Assembly (NCBI GenBank): GCA_041651155.1
Contig: JBAZJU010000002.1
Coordinates: 89,852-153,851, forward strand
Reading direction: 5' to 3'
DNA length: 64,000 bases
DNA from: Patescibacteria group bacterium
GTDB taxonomy: Bacteria; Patescibacteriota; Patescibacteriia; CAIXNZ01
The notes under the pieces are model-generated. The model was not told the DNA's origin, searched no databases, and worked only from the letters and a program-made list of their open reading frames with translations. How positions within the stretch are numbered: position 1 is the first letter of the stretch; each line of letters starts with the position of its first letter. This document shows positions 19,484 through 28,489 of this stretch, one piece after another. The translations under genes were made by a program, and so were the position numbers.

Positions 19484-21238
19484 TTAAGGCAGGCACCATA
19501 CGTCCTCTTTACCACAATGCCCTGTAGAATTTTGGGCGCTGGCTGCTTTGCCTGCTTTGCAGGTTCTATTTTCAGTGCCAGGAGCAATTCCGCAATCACA
19601 ACAGAAATTTGCTGATGTGCCAGGCGTGCAATTGCCAGCGTTATTTGGCAAATAACAACCATTGCTATCTTTTGTCAAAGTTGTAGTTGTTGTAGGCGGA
19701 GCAGGCATCCAAAAACATACTTGATTTGTTCCACAACCTATTGTCCTTGTATCATAATTATAATGTAAATTGTAGGCAGTTGCCTGGGCACAAAGGCCTA
19801 ATTCTGACTGTGATGGCGCTGTAGTATTTGCGGCTGGAGTACACCAAGAATTATCTACTGGATTAACATTTAAACATACACCACCTTGTCCAACACAATC
19901 TCCAGGTCGGTTAACTAGCCAGATGTCGGTACTTGTTCCAGACGGAGTTGAGGGGGCAGTTGTTGTCGTTGTTGTGGCAGAAGTTCCAGTCGTAGATGTA
20001 TTTGTACCGGTACCAATGGCAGTTAAAATAAAACTGACCAAAGCATAACTGCCCAGAATCACACCAATGCCAATGATTGACCAGGTTAATATATCTTTGC
20101 CTTTTTTTACGCCTTCGCCGCCTTTGGAAGTTAAAAGGATTATACCGCCATAAATAACCATTAATAAGGCAATTGCGCCGATAATGCTTAGGATGGTTTG
20201 AATAATTCGGCCAATAAAAACTGCAGCTTTAATATCACCAACACCTTTGATTGGATTAATGTCTATAGTAAGTCCGCCAGTCCCTGAGGGAGCCTGGGGA
20301 ATACGAGGAGTGGTTGTGGAACCAGCGGGTTTTGTTGCCGCCTGTGGATTAACACAACATTTTTGGATAGAAGAAGATGCCGTAGAATAACAATCAATAA
20401 AATCAGAGCCAAGACTGGATTCTCCGGTTGCGCAGTCGCTTTTACATTGGCCAGTGGGTTTGCAAGTGGCAGAAGTTGTAATGCAGCATTTTGGAAGACT
20501 ATCAGTGCAACCGATATCTCCTCCGGAAGAATTGGAAGTATATGCTGTTTCTTGGCTAGTACATGTTTTAGAACAATGAGCGCCGGCAAAATCAGTACAT
20601 TGGCTAGAACCTGGCAATGACGTCCCCGTGCCACTACTGCCAATGGGTTTTACGCAGGCTTTTAATTGGTTAACTTGGGAATCAACAACATAACAATCTC
20701 GTAAATAATCATAACTTTGGCTTGCGGTTGTGAATTGGCTATTCTCAAGATTATATATTGGAATACAGGTGCCTGCACTTAAAGCAAGGTTGCATTCTTC
20801 AGGGGTGCAAGCTCCTCCAGTTGAGACAACACAATCTGGCGGGGTTGGCTGATCAGCTGGGGGATAAATAGGCGTGCAATAGATTGTATAACCTGCGGGA
20901 CTGGTGCAAATATAGGATTTAACTATTAAATCTGTCCAGCCCTGACAAACTCCTCCGTCTGTACTGCATGATTTTACGCAACAGCCTGCATTTTGCAATT
21001 TACAAGCAGTACCTGCAACTACCGTGGGCATATCTTTTGGGCAGGGTACGGTAGAAAGACCAGTGTTTTGATCTTCAAGATAATTTACGCAAATTCCTCC
21101 CAGATCGCCTGAACATGAAACGCTGGAATCTTTTATTGTACCTTCAGGCGTGGCAGTGAAAGCCTTTGCTTCTTTAGCCAATATTAAACCAGAACAGAAA
21201 ATGGCTGTAAAAATTGCAACATAGATAATTTTTTTCAT
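19484..21238 (-). CDS. Large (584 aa) Cys-rich surface protein with an embedded TrbC/VirB2-like hairpin module, paralog 8
   Basis: Signal peptide, roughly 330-aa Cys-rich N-terminal domain, module ...VIYGGIILLTSKGGEGVKKGKDIL..., Thr-rich linker (TSATTTTTTAPSTPS), second Cys-containing C-terminal domain. Confidence 0.5.
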   Translation of the reverse strand: MKKIIYVAIFTAIFCSGLILAKEAKAFTATPEGTIKDSSVSCSGDLGGICVNYLEDQNTGLSTVPCPKDMPTVVAGTACKLQNAGCCVKSCSTDGGVCQGWTDLIVKSYICTSPAGYTIYCTPIYPPADQPTPPDCVVSTGGACTPEECNLALSAGTCIPIYNLENSQFTTASQSYDYLRDCYVVDSQVNQLKACVKPIGSSGTGTSLPGSSQCTDFAGAHCSKTCTSQETAYTSNSSGGDIGCTDSLPKCCITTSATCKPTGQCKSDCATGESSLGSDFIDCYSTASSSIQKCCVNPQAATKPAGSTTTPRIPQAPSGTGGLTIDINPIKGVGDIKAAVFIGRIIQTILSIIGAIALLMVIYGGIILLTSKGGEGVKKGKDILTWSIIGIGVILGSYALVSFILTAIGTGTNTSTTGTSATTTTTTAPSTPSGTSTDIWLVNRPGDCVGQGGVCLNVNPVDNSWCTPAANTTAPSQSELGLCAQATAYNLHYNYDTRTIGCGTNQVCFWMPAPPTTTTTLTKDSNGCYLPNNAGNCTPGTSANFCCDCGIAPGTENRTCKAGKAASAQNSTGHCGKEDVWCLP

Positions 21239-21351
21239 AAAGGTATAAATGCTAATTTACAAATGTAATGCGAATCTATGAATAAGCAAATTATTAAACT
21301 GATAAATTGTTGAATGGCTAAATGGTTGATTGATAACAAGTGTTATTCTTT

Positions 21352-22281
21352 TTATTGGCAAACACCGTTTGAATTGCAAGTGCCTTTACAGATCTCATAA
21401 GCGTTTCCAATAGCATGCGGCAAGGCACGCGCCGCACACTTAGCTCCTGGATCTAGCTTCGTTTGGCAATTACCAAAGTAAGTTTTTTGGGCAGCGACAG
21501 CGTCAGTTGTATCAGTTATACAGACTAAGCCAGTTTGGCATTCATTAAGATCAGTACAAAACTGACCTTCTGGCTGGCTGCCAGCCGGCGCCACGCAGAA
21601 CATAACATTTGGGTCATAATTGCAGTAACCATTCAGGCATTGTTCATTTTTTGTGCAAGGATAACCGCCAATTGGCCGTTTTTTAACACATTCAGCTCCT
21701 GTGCAAAAACAATCATTTGTACATTCAGCTATGGTTTTACAAGTCGTTCCAGTTCCTGCCTTGTTAGTACATGGTACTGATGGTGCTACTGGGGGGACTG
21801 CAGGAGTTTCTGCTGGCGTGGTGCCACCTTGAGTTTGGCCTCCGCCTGAACCCTGGCCTGCTGGCGGAGCAGTCCAGCCAGTTGGCTCTGGCAAGGGAGC
21901 GCATTTTAAATTGCCAGCCCAGTTCCAGCCGCCTGTGACTGCGCTGATAATAAAATTAACGCCAAAATAGGCCAGAAAAACAATCATCAGCCCGACAACT
22001 GAATTAACTAAAATATCCTTGCCTTTTTTAATTTCATCTGACCGGCCGGCGGAAATCAGCATTCTAAAGCCGCCATAAAAAAAATAAAGCAGGACTAAGG
22101 CGCCTACTATGCCAAAAAGAAAATAGCCGAAATTAATAGCGGTCTGAATTATATCGCAGAGCGAACAACGGCCGGTTGAGGCGCAATCAGGTAAAATCGG
22201 GCTAGCTTGAGCTAGGACTAGATGGGGCAACAAGATTAAAGCTAAAAAAAGAAAACTGCTGAAAAAGATTGTTTTTTTCAT
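21352..22281 (-). CDS. TrbC/VirB2-like membrane hairpin protein with Cys-rich C-terminal ectodomain, paralog 9
   Basis: ...FFYGGFRMLISAGRSDEIKKGKDIL... module near the N-terminus; roughly 190-aa C-terminal Gly/Thr/Cys-rich domain. Confidence 0.55.
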   Translation of the reverse strand: MKKTIFFSSFLFLALILLPHLVLAQASPILPDCASTGRCSLCDIIQTAINFGYFLFGIVGALVLLYFFYGGFRMLISAGRSDEIKKGKDILVNSVVGLMIVFLAYFGVNFIISAVTGGWNWAGNLKCAPLPEPTGWTAPPAGQGSGGGQTQGGTTPAETPAVPPVAPSVPCTNKAGTGTTCKTIAECTNDCFCTGAECVKKRPIGGYPCTKNEQCLNGYCNYDPNVMFCVAPAGSQPEGQFCTDLNECQTGLVCITDTTDAVAAQKTYFGNCQTKLDPGAKCAARALPHAIGNAYEICKGTCNSNGVCQ

Positions 22282-22453
22282 AATAATATTTGAGCTAGGT
22301 TATACTATAATAATACTATATAAATGGTTAAATGGCTAAATGTTTAAATTCAAAAGACAAAACACAAACCTTCGTTTGCCGTAGCAAACTACGGTTTGCG
22401 AAGGCAAAAGACAAAATAAATTAAAAATCAAAATGATTAATATCAAAACCAAT

Positions 22454-22800
22454 TTAATTCTTTTTCTTAATCGGGCTCATGCTGGCAAAAATTCTGGCTA
22501 ATTGCAGAGCTTCATCAGCCAAAAGCTCTATTTCATTCCTAAAAGTCTGATTTGAGTGCGAAACTAATTCTAACCAATATTTACTTTCCTTAGCCTCTCT
22601 TCTGCAAATGCCAATTTTATGAATAAAATCTTTTTTTGTGATAGTGTCATTTGCTTCTCGATAATTTGCACCGACTGAACAAGCAGCTCTAATCAACTGT
22701 TTAATCAGCTCGTTATTAATTATATTTTTTCAACTTTTTTGCATAGATCAATGCAATTTTTAGCAAATTTTAAAGTCCTTTCCTCTAGATCGTACTTCAT
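22454..22800 (-). pseudogene. Four-helix-bundle protein (PF05635/TIGR02436, Avd-like, 23S rRNA IVS protein family) interrupted by a frameshift
   Basis: ATG at 22800 encodes MKYDLEERTLKFAKNCIDLCKKVEKI then TAA (22720). The remaining 80 aa of the family (IRAACSVGANYREAND...EAKESKYWLEL) continue in another frame from the T6/A6 run at 22725-22730. Fused length of about 117 aa is typical of the family. Confidence 0.55.
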
Positions 22801-22895
22801 AGCTTTTGTTTTTATTTTTTAGATTTTATATTTTTAGATTTTTTTGTTTTTTTAATTTGGTCTTTTGTCATTGCTAATTTAGCCTTTGGCTTTCA

Positions 22896-24272
22896 TTAAA
22901 GGGTCTGATTTACTCGTTGCGCGCCGAGATTAATAATTTCAACTGATTTTTGCAAGCCAGCCAGATTGTCGTTGATCATTGTTTTAAAAATATCTTCCAT
23001 CGCATTTTCATCCCTGCCTTTGTACCAGCTTTTTGCAGTAAGAAGTTGATTAACAAAAGCTGATAATTCCTGGTCATCAGTCTGGCTGGAGATTAAACTG
23101 CGCAAGGCTGCTGGCTGGCGGGATTTTTCCAGGAATTTTTTGTTGCTATCAGCATTGGTAGTTATAAAATTGATAAAGCTCCAAGCTTCATTCGGATGCA
23201 GGCTTTTTTTGGCTACAGTTTCAACCCAGTAATTGGCAAAATTTATAGATGGTTCACTGATTTGCGGCATTGTTGACGTTTCAAAATTTAGCTTAGGCGC
23301 CTGCGCTTTGATTAGCGGTATCTGATAGGCATAGCCAAAGAAAAAAGCGGTTTTACCTGCCATAAATGCGGCCAAAGAATTAGGGAGCGTGTCATTCCAG
23401 GTATAGATTTGGTTTGTAGGCGAGGCAAAACTCGTGTAAAAATCCAAAGCTTCAGCTGCTGGCGGTGTTTCACGAGTATAATTGGGCGGTGAGCCGGCAA
23501 AGGTTGCCACGCCCTGGTCATTGGTCATTATTGCGCCAGCCTGCATCATTAGCAGGCTCAAAATGTCTGTAGAACGCTCAACATTGTTAGCTGTACCAAG
23601 CGCGGCGCCTGATTGGATAATATTGCCTCGGCTATCCAATTTTGTAAGTTTTATCACTTGATCGCGAAATTCATCCCAAGTTTTGGGCGGGCTGGCAATA
23701 TTAGCATTATTTAAAAGGTCGCGATTAAAAAATAAAGCCAAGGTATCAATGCTCAAAGGCAGGCCATAGATTTGGTTATTAATGACCTGATTATTATAAA
23801 CTACATCAGGAAAAAGATTATTAATATCACGCAAAGTTAAGGTTTTTTGCGGGCGCATTTCAGTAAAAGTTTCTTTTTGGAAAGTGCCTTTTTGGTAAGT
23901 ATAGGGCATGGTGATTTCAGCCGGCATAGGCAAATTTAAACTCTGATATTTTTTCATCCAGGTCGTGTGGATAGAAAAAATATCAGGGCCGCGGTCTTCA
24001 GCAAAAGCTTTAAGCAGCTCATTCTCATATTCTTCTGGCGTGAAATTTTTAAAGTTTATTGTCACATAAGGATATTGCTTTTGATAATTAGAAATTAAGT
24101 CAGAGATATTGAAGCTTTCCTCATAGACTTTCCAATATTCTAAGGTCACAGGCTTTGGGCTGCCGGCAATTGTGTTAGCAGGCAAGCTTTGGCATTTGGC
24201 GCCAGTGGTTATTAAAACTATGAGGATAACCATAACGATAACTAGTTTTTTGTTTTGGAGAAATTTGAGCAT
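22896..24272 (-). CDS. Extracellular solute-binding protein (ABC transporter SBP family 1-like, sugar-type), apparently orphan
   Basis: Signal peptide plus Cys (possible lipoprotein), 458 aa, family-1 SBP-like composition; no permease or ATPase genes adjacent. Confidence 0.5.
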   Translation of the reverse strand: MLKFLQNKKLVIVMVILIVLITTGAKCQSLPANTIAGSPKPVTLEYWKVYEESFNISDLISNYQKQYPYVTINFKNFTPEEYENELLKAFAEDRGPDIFSIHTTWMKKYQSLNLPMPAEITMPYTYQKGTFQKETFTEMRPQKTLTLRDINNLFPDVVYNNQVINNQIYGLPLSIDTLALFFNRDLLNNANIASPPKTWDEFRDQVIKLTKLDSRGNIIQSGAALGTANNVERSTDILSLLMMQAGAIMTNDQGVATFAGSPPNYTRETPPAAEALDFYTSFASPTNQIYTWNDTLPNSLAAFMAGKTAFFFGYAYQIPLIKAQAPKLNFETSTMPQISEPSINFANYWVETVAKKSLHPNEAWSFINFITTNADSNKKFLEKSRQPAALRSLISSQTDDQELSAFVNQLLTAKSWYKGRDENAMEDIFKTMINDNLAGLQKSVEIINLGAQRVNQTL

Positions 24273-24441
24273 AATATTTAAATTATGAATTATGAGATAT
24301 GAATTATGAAATGAGTAATGTTTTGGGTTAGTTTAATGAAGCCATTTTAGGTTAAGGTTATAGCAAAGTGATTTAAGTGTAAGACTTAAAATTTTACCTT
24401 CTGACAAAACTGGCCATCTAACTATAACCTTGTGAATGGAC

Positions 24442-25311
24442 CTAAATTTTTAGAGTCCTTAAATATTTTATAAAATTTTTATTTAAATCTGCGCGCTCTA
24501 GAGCAAAATCAACATTGGCCTGCAGCCAGCCGAGCTTAGAGCCAGTGTCATAATAAGTTCCCTCAACAAGTGAAGCATAGATCGGACGTATTTTTGAAAG
24601 ATTAAAAATAGCATCAACCAGCCAAAGCTCATTGCCCTGGCCAATTTTAGTTTTTTCCAAAATTTCAAAAATATCCGGAGTTAAAATATAGGCGCCAAGA
24701 GTGCCAATTCGGCTGGGCGCTTTGTCTGGACCTGGCTTTTCAATAATTTTTTTGAGCTGGTAAATATTTTTTTCAATTTCTACCCCGTCAATTACTCCAT
24801 ATTTTTTTGTGCCCTCATCGTCAATTTTTATAGCAGTTAAAACAGGATCGTGATATTTTTGAAAAACTTCAATCAGCTGTTTTAACCTGGGCTTTTTTTT
24901 ATTTATAAAAAGATCATCGCCAAAGATTACGGCAAATGGTTCATTGCCGATTATTTTCTTAGAATTTAAAATCGGCGTGCCATTGCCATAAGGGCCTTTT
25001 TGCCTGATATAAATAAAATTTGCCAGATCAGCAATCCTTTTAATTTCTTCCCGCTGTTCTTCTTTGCCCTGTTTTTTTAACCAATTCTGCAATTCATAAT
25101 TATAATCAAAGTGGTCTTCAATCGCTCGTTTAGAAGCGCCCGTGACTAAAATGATGTCTTCTATGCCGGAAGCAACCGCTTCTTCCACTATGTATTGGAT
25201 AACAGGCTTATCAATAATCGGCAGCATTTCCTTGGGCATGGCTTTGGTGGCTGGCAAAAAGCGCGTGCCAAAACCAGCGACCGGGATAATGGCTTTCTTG
25301 ATTTTGTCCAT
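24442..25311 (-). CDS. galU: UTP--glucose-1-phosphate uridylyltransferase
   Basis: KAIIPVAGFGTRFLPATKAMPKEMLPIIDKPVIQYIVEEA is diagnostic of GalU. Confidence 0.85.
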   Translation of the reverse strand: MDKIKKAIIPVAGFGTRFLPATKAMPKEMLPIIDKPVIQYIVEEAVASGIEDIILVTGASKRAIEDHFDYNYELQNWLKKQGKEEQREEIKRIADLANFIYIRQKGPYGNGTPILNSKKIIGNEPFAVIFGDDLFINKKKPRLKQLIEVFQKYHDPVLTAIKIDDEGTKKYGVIDGVEIEKNIYQLKKIIEKPGPDKAPSRIGTLGAYILTPDIFEILEKTKIGQGNELWLVDAIFNLSKIRPIYASLVEGTYYDTGSKLGWLQANVDFALERADLNKNFIKYLRTLKI

Positions 25312-25531
25312 AAAGATTAAATTCCGAACTCTGAATTATGAATTCTGAAATACAGTTGTCTATAATCCAGAATTTGTTTATATAATACCATAAAACAAGG
25401 TAAAAATAAATAAAAATTGTCCCGCGCGCGGGACAATTTTTATTTGGTCATCAGTGGTTATTTTAGGAGCTCTTTTTTGTTGTATAGATGAATTTGTTTT
25501 TTTGCCATCAAATAACCCAAAGACTTGTACT

Positions 25532-25867
25532 TTAGAAGTCTCTATAAAATAAAAATTCCTCTTTTGCTATGTCGTGTATTTTATCAATTAAACTGGAAAT
25601 TTTATGTGCAAAGGCCGGGTCTTTATCAGCTTTCCAGCATTCAAAAGCATGATAACCAACTGAATCGGGTGATTCACCAACCTGATGAAAAGGTTTTAGA
25701 TGAGCGTCTTCTAATACTTTATTTACAGCATATCTGTAAGCCTGGCATTGAAGTTTTGTCTTACAGTCATAAGCAATCATGTAATTTTTATCAAGCTGCG
25801 GCGGAATTATTTTTAAGTCCAGTTTTTCAAATTGTTCTTTTCGCTCTGGCAGATTTGGTTTTTCCAT
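25532..25867 (-). CDS. Hypothetical protein (111 aa)
   Basis: ORF with ATG start; no recognisable motifs. Confidence 0.3.
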   Translation of the reverse strand: MEKPNLPERKEQFEKLDLKIIPPQLDKNYMIAYDCKTKLQCQAYRYAVNKVLEDAHLKPFHQVGESPDSVGYHAFECWKADKDPAFAHKISSLIDKIHDIAKEEFLFYRDF

Positions 25868-25873
25868 AAATTT

Positions 25874-28213
25874 TTATTTGGCTACTTTGGTATAGGCAAT
25901 TAATTCTTTCTTGCCGTCTAAGTAGATTTCATTTTTGCCATCCATGAGCTTAAATAATTGCGGATAGGTATTTTGTTTCCAGTAGGCCAAAAGACGAAAG
26001 GAAAAGGTAATATCTTCTCCGGGGCTTACTGTTGTTTTAATTTTTTTAACTGTTTTGCTATCAAGCCATGACCAATCTTTAAACCAGGAATTTGTGTAAT
26101 CAAGATCATAGCTTTTTAAAGCCAGATTAGTCCAAGTTTTAGTGCCGGTATTTTTAAAAGTTATTGTAACTTTTGGCCGGGAATTTGGCTTGGCTGTCTG
26201 GGGCAGGGTATTAACTGTAATTTGGGCTGCATAGGGAGAAGTGACCTCAATAATCTGGTCTAATTGGTAAATTTGGTTGTCATCGTAATTTAAAGTTAGA
26301 GTATGGGGGAATGTAGCTAGGACATTCGGCGCTTTTAATTTAAACTCAAAATTCGCGCTGGAATTAGGGTAAATTATTGTTTCTTGAGGTGGAATATCTG
26401 CCCATTCAGTATGCCACGAATCATTTCTAAAAGGAGAGATATTAGTTTTTTCATAAACAATCTTTAGCTTTAATTTGCTCTTATTCCAGGCGACATTGCC
26501 TGTATTTTTAAATTGGAGATTAACCGTGGCCATGCTGCCGGATGCCATTTGTTGGGCTAAGTTTGATTGGCTTAAAGTTGCATTGTAAGTTTCTGCCACG
26601 GGATTAGTATTTTGATTACAAGTTTGGCAGGCGATTTTATTTAGGGCAATTGAAAAATCTGTATTGGGGAAATAGCCTTTATTTTGCCAGGCTAATGTAA
26701 AATTTTTGGTTTCAGTCTTTTTATCTTGTGGAGGATTTAAGACTAATTTGAATTTGCCAATTTCTCCGGGATATACATTCCCGCCAAGCAATTTAAAAAC
26801 TGTCTGGCTGGAAGTTTGGTTAGCAAGCTCCCCATCTTTATCAGAAGTTAAAGCTATTTTAACAGAATCAATTTTAGTTAATTTATTTTTTAAACTGGCA
26901 TCAGAAATATAAACATAATTATCCTCGTATCCGCGCCAGACTGCCTGGCCGATATTTTTAAATTCTACATAAACATCAGCGGTTTTTGTTTCCTCAATGT
27001 TTAGATCTTTGGCGCTCAGGCTGACAAATTCAGCTGCGCTGGGCAATGGTTTTTGATAACCGCCATAATCTTGCAGTAAGTTATAAGCTAACTGCCTGGT
27101 TTGCGGCAACTGATCATAAATTAAATTTCCCGGACAGGTCGTACTACCAACATCACGGTGGCCAAGTACATTGGGCAAAATTTGGCCATGAAATTCACTG
27201 GTGGCTAAAGGGTCTATATTAAATTCTTGAGATTTTTTAGCGATTAATTTATCCAGGGCAATTTTAGTTGCTTCAGTTAAATTATCAGGAGTATTGCAGT
27301 CTGGTTTATTCTTGCTATTTAGGGCCGTGTCATAACAGCCTAAAATTGCAATGCCAATCGTATTCCTGTTTCTCAAATAAGCATGGCCGCCCACAGTGCC
27401 TTCACCGCCAGCTCGGCCTTCATAAATATTGCCCTTGGAATCAATTAAGTAGTTATAGCCAATATCGCCCCAGCCCCTGACTTTAGCATGATAATATTGA
27501 ATAGCGCGAATCGTTGATTTGGGATCAACATTAGCTTTTTCTCCGGCTGTGTGGTGGATGACAAATTTTTGTGGCGTGTAATATTCTTCTGGCCATAAAT
27601 CCTGGCCATTTGCGTCGTAGCGGTAACTTTCATTAGCTCCCCATTCAGCCCGAGAAATAATATGTAAATCATCATTGTTATTTTGAGTACTGATACGGAA
27701 ATTACCGCTTGGTCCTTTGGTCGTGTCTAAATAGATAAATTGTAAATTTTTTAATGAGTCTTTAGCAGTTTTATTATTAAAAATAAGTTTGTACTGAAAT
27801 GAATCAGTGAGCTTAGTAGGTATCATCTGGCTCATCAAAACTGGCAGGCTGGAATCTTTGCCTTGGCTATCATCGTCTAAGGCCGTTTGAAACCATTCAG
27901 TCCAATTTTCATTTAAAAATCGCATATAAAGTTGGAAATCTTGGGTATTTTGAGACAAGCTTGGGTCTTCCATTTTTACGTATAAGGCATTAAATGGAAA
28001 ATCAGCCTTTAAAATAGGGGAAATGACCTCATTTGTGTCTGTTTTGTTATTACTAGAAATAAAAAAAGAACCATTTTTTCCAGGTTCATTTACTAAAAGA
28101 TTGCCTTCTTTTACTTCAGAAGTAGTTTTTGCGCTAACTAAAGCGAAAATAAAGGCTATTGACCAGCATAAAACAATAAAAATAACCAATTTTGTTCTAA
28201 TTTTAGGTTTCAT
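25874..28213 (-). CDS. Large secreted protein with N-acetylmuramoyl-L-alanine amidase (Amidase_2/PGRP) domain and C-terminal beta-rich repeats
   Basis: Signal/TM anchor; AEWGANESYR...VIHHTAGEKANVD...WGDIGYNYLIDSKGNIYEGRAGG matches the Amidase_2 fold. Confidence 0.6.
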   Translation of the reverse strand: MKPKIRTKLVIFIVLCWSIAFIFALVSAKTTSEVKEGNLLVNEPGKNGSFFISSNNKTDTNEVISPILKADFPFNALYVKMEDPSLSQNTQDFQLYMRFLNENWTEWFQTALDDDSQGKDSSLPVLMSQMIPTKLTDSFQYKLIFNNKTAKDSLKNLQFIYLDTTKGPSGNFRISTQNNNDDLHIISRAEWGANESYRYDANGQDLWPEEYYTPQKFVIHHTAGEKANVDPKSTIRAIQYYHAKVRGWGDIGYNYLIDSKGNIYEGRAGGEGTVGGHAYLRNRNTIGIAILGCYDTALNSKNKPDCNTPDNLTEATKIALDKLIAKKSQEFNIDPLATSEFHGQILPNVLGHRDVGSTTCPGNLIYDQLPQTRQLAYNLLQDYGGYQKPLPSAAEFVSLSAKDLNIEETKTADVYVEFKNIGQAVWRGYEDNYVYISDASLKNKLTKIDSVKIALTSDKDGELANQTSSQTVFKLLGGNVYPGEIGKFKLVLNPPQDKKTETKNFTLAWQNKGYFPNTDFSIALNKIACQTCNQNTNPVAETYNATLSQSNLAQQMASGSMATVNLQFKNTGNVAWNKSKLKLKIVYEKTNISPFRNDSWHTEWADIPPQETIIYPNSSANFEFKLKAPNVLATFPHTLTLNYDDNQIYQLDQIIEVTSPYAAQITVNTLPQTAKPNSRPKVTITFKNTGTKTWTNLALKSYDLDYTNSWFKDWSWLDSKTVKKIKTTVSPGEDITFSFRLLAYWKQNTYPQLFKLMDGKNEIYLDGKKELIAYTKVAK

Positions 28214-28489
28214 TTTGTTTTTATTTTAATCCTACAAAATTACGAATTTATTTACAAATTATACAAAAAACAAGAGAATTAATGATTTGAGAGGGATAAA
28301 TGGAGAAAATTTTAGGGTTTTAATAATTTCAACTCTCAAATCGGAATAATATGGAAAATTTTGTAGTTTTTGTGAAGAATTTGTATTTTTGTAGGTATTA
28401 TAATTATAGCATATTTTTTTTAAGTTGTAAAGAGCAGGAAGATTTATTTTTGCTAATTTTAGCTTCAAAGTAGCTAAAATATGTAATTA

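Noticed and set aside
15541-22281. Complete conjugative type IV secretion system or integrative conjugative element
   Set aside because: Only pilin-like genes are present. No VirB4/VirD4 ATPases, VirB6, relaxase, integrase or att sites are visible in this window, so mobility cannot be claimed.
22454-22800. 23S rRNA intervening sequence context for the four-helix-bundle genes
   Set aside because: No rRNA sequence flanks either four-helix-bundle gene in this window.
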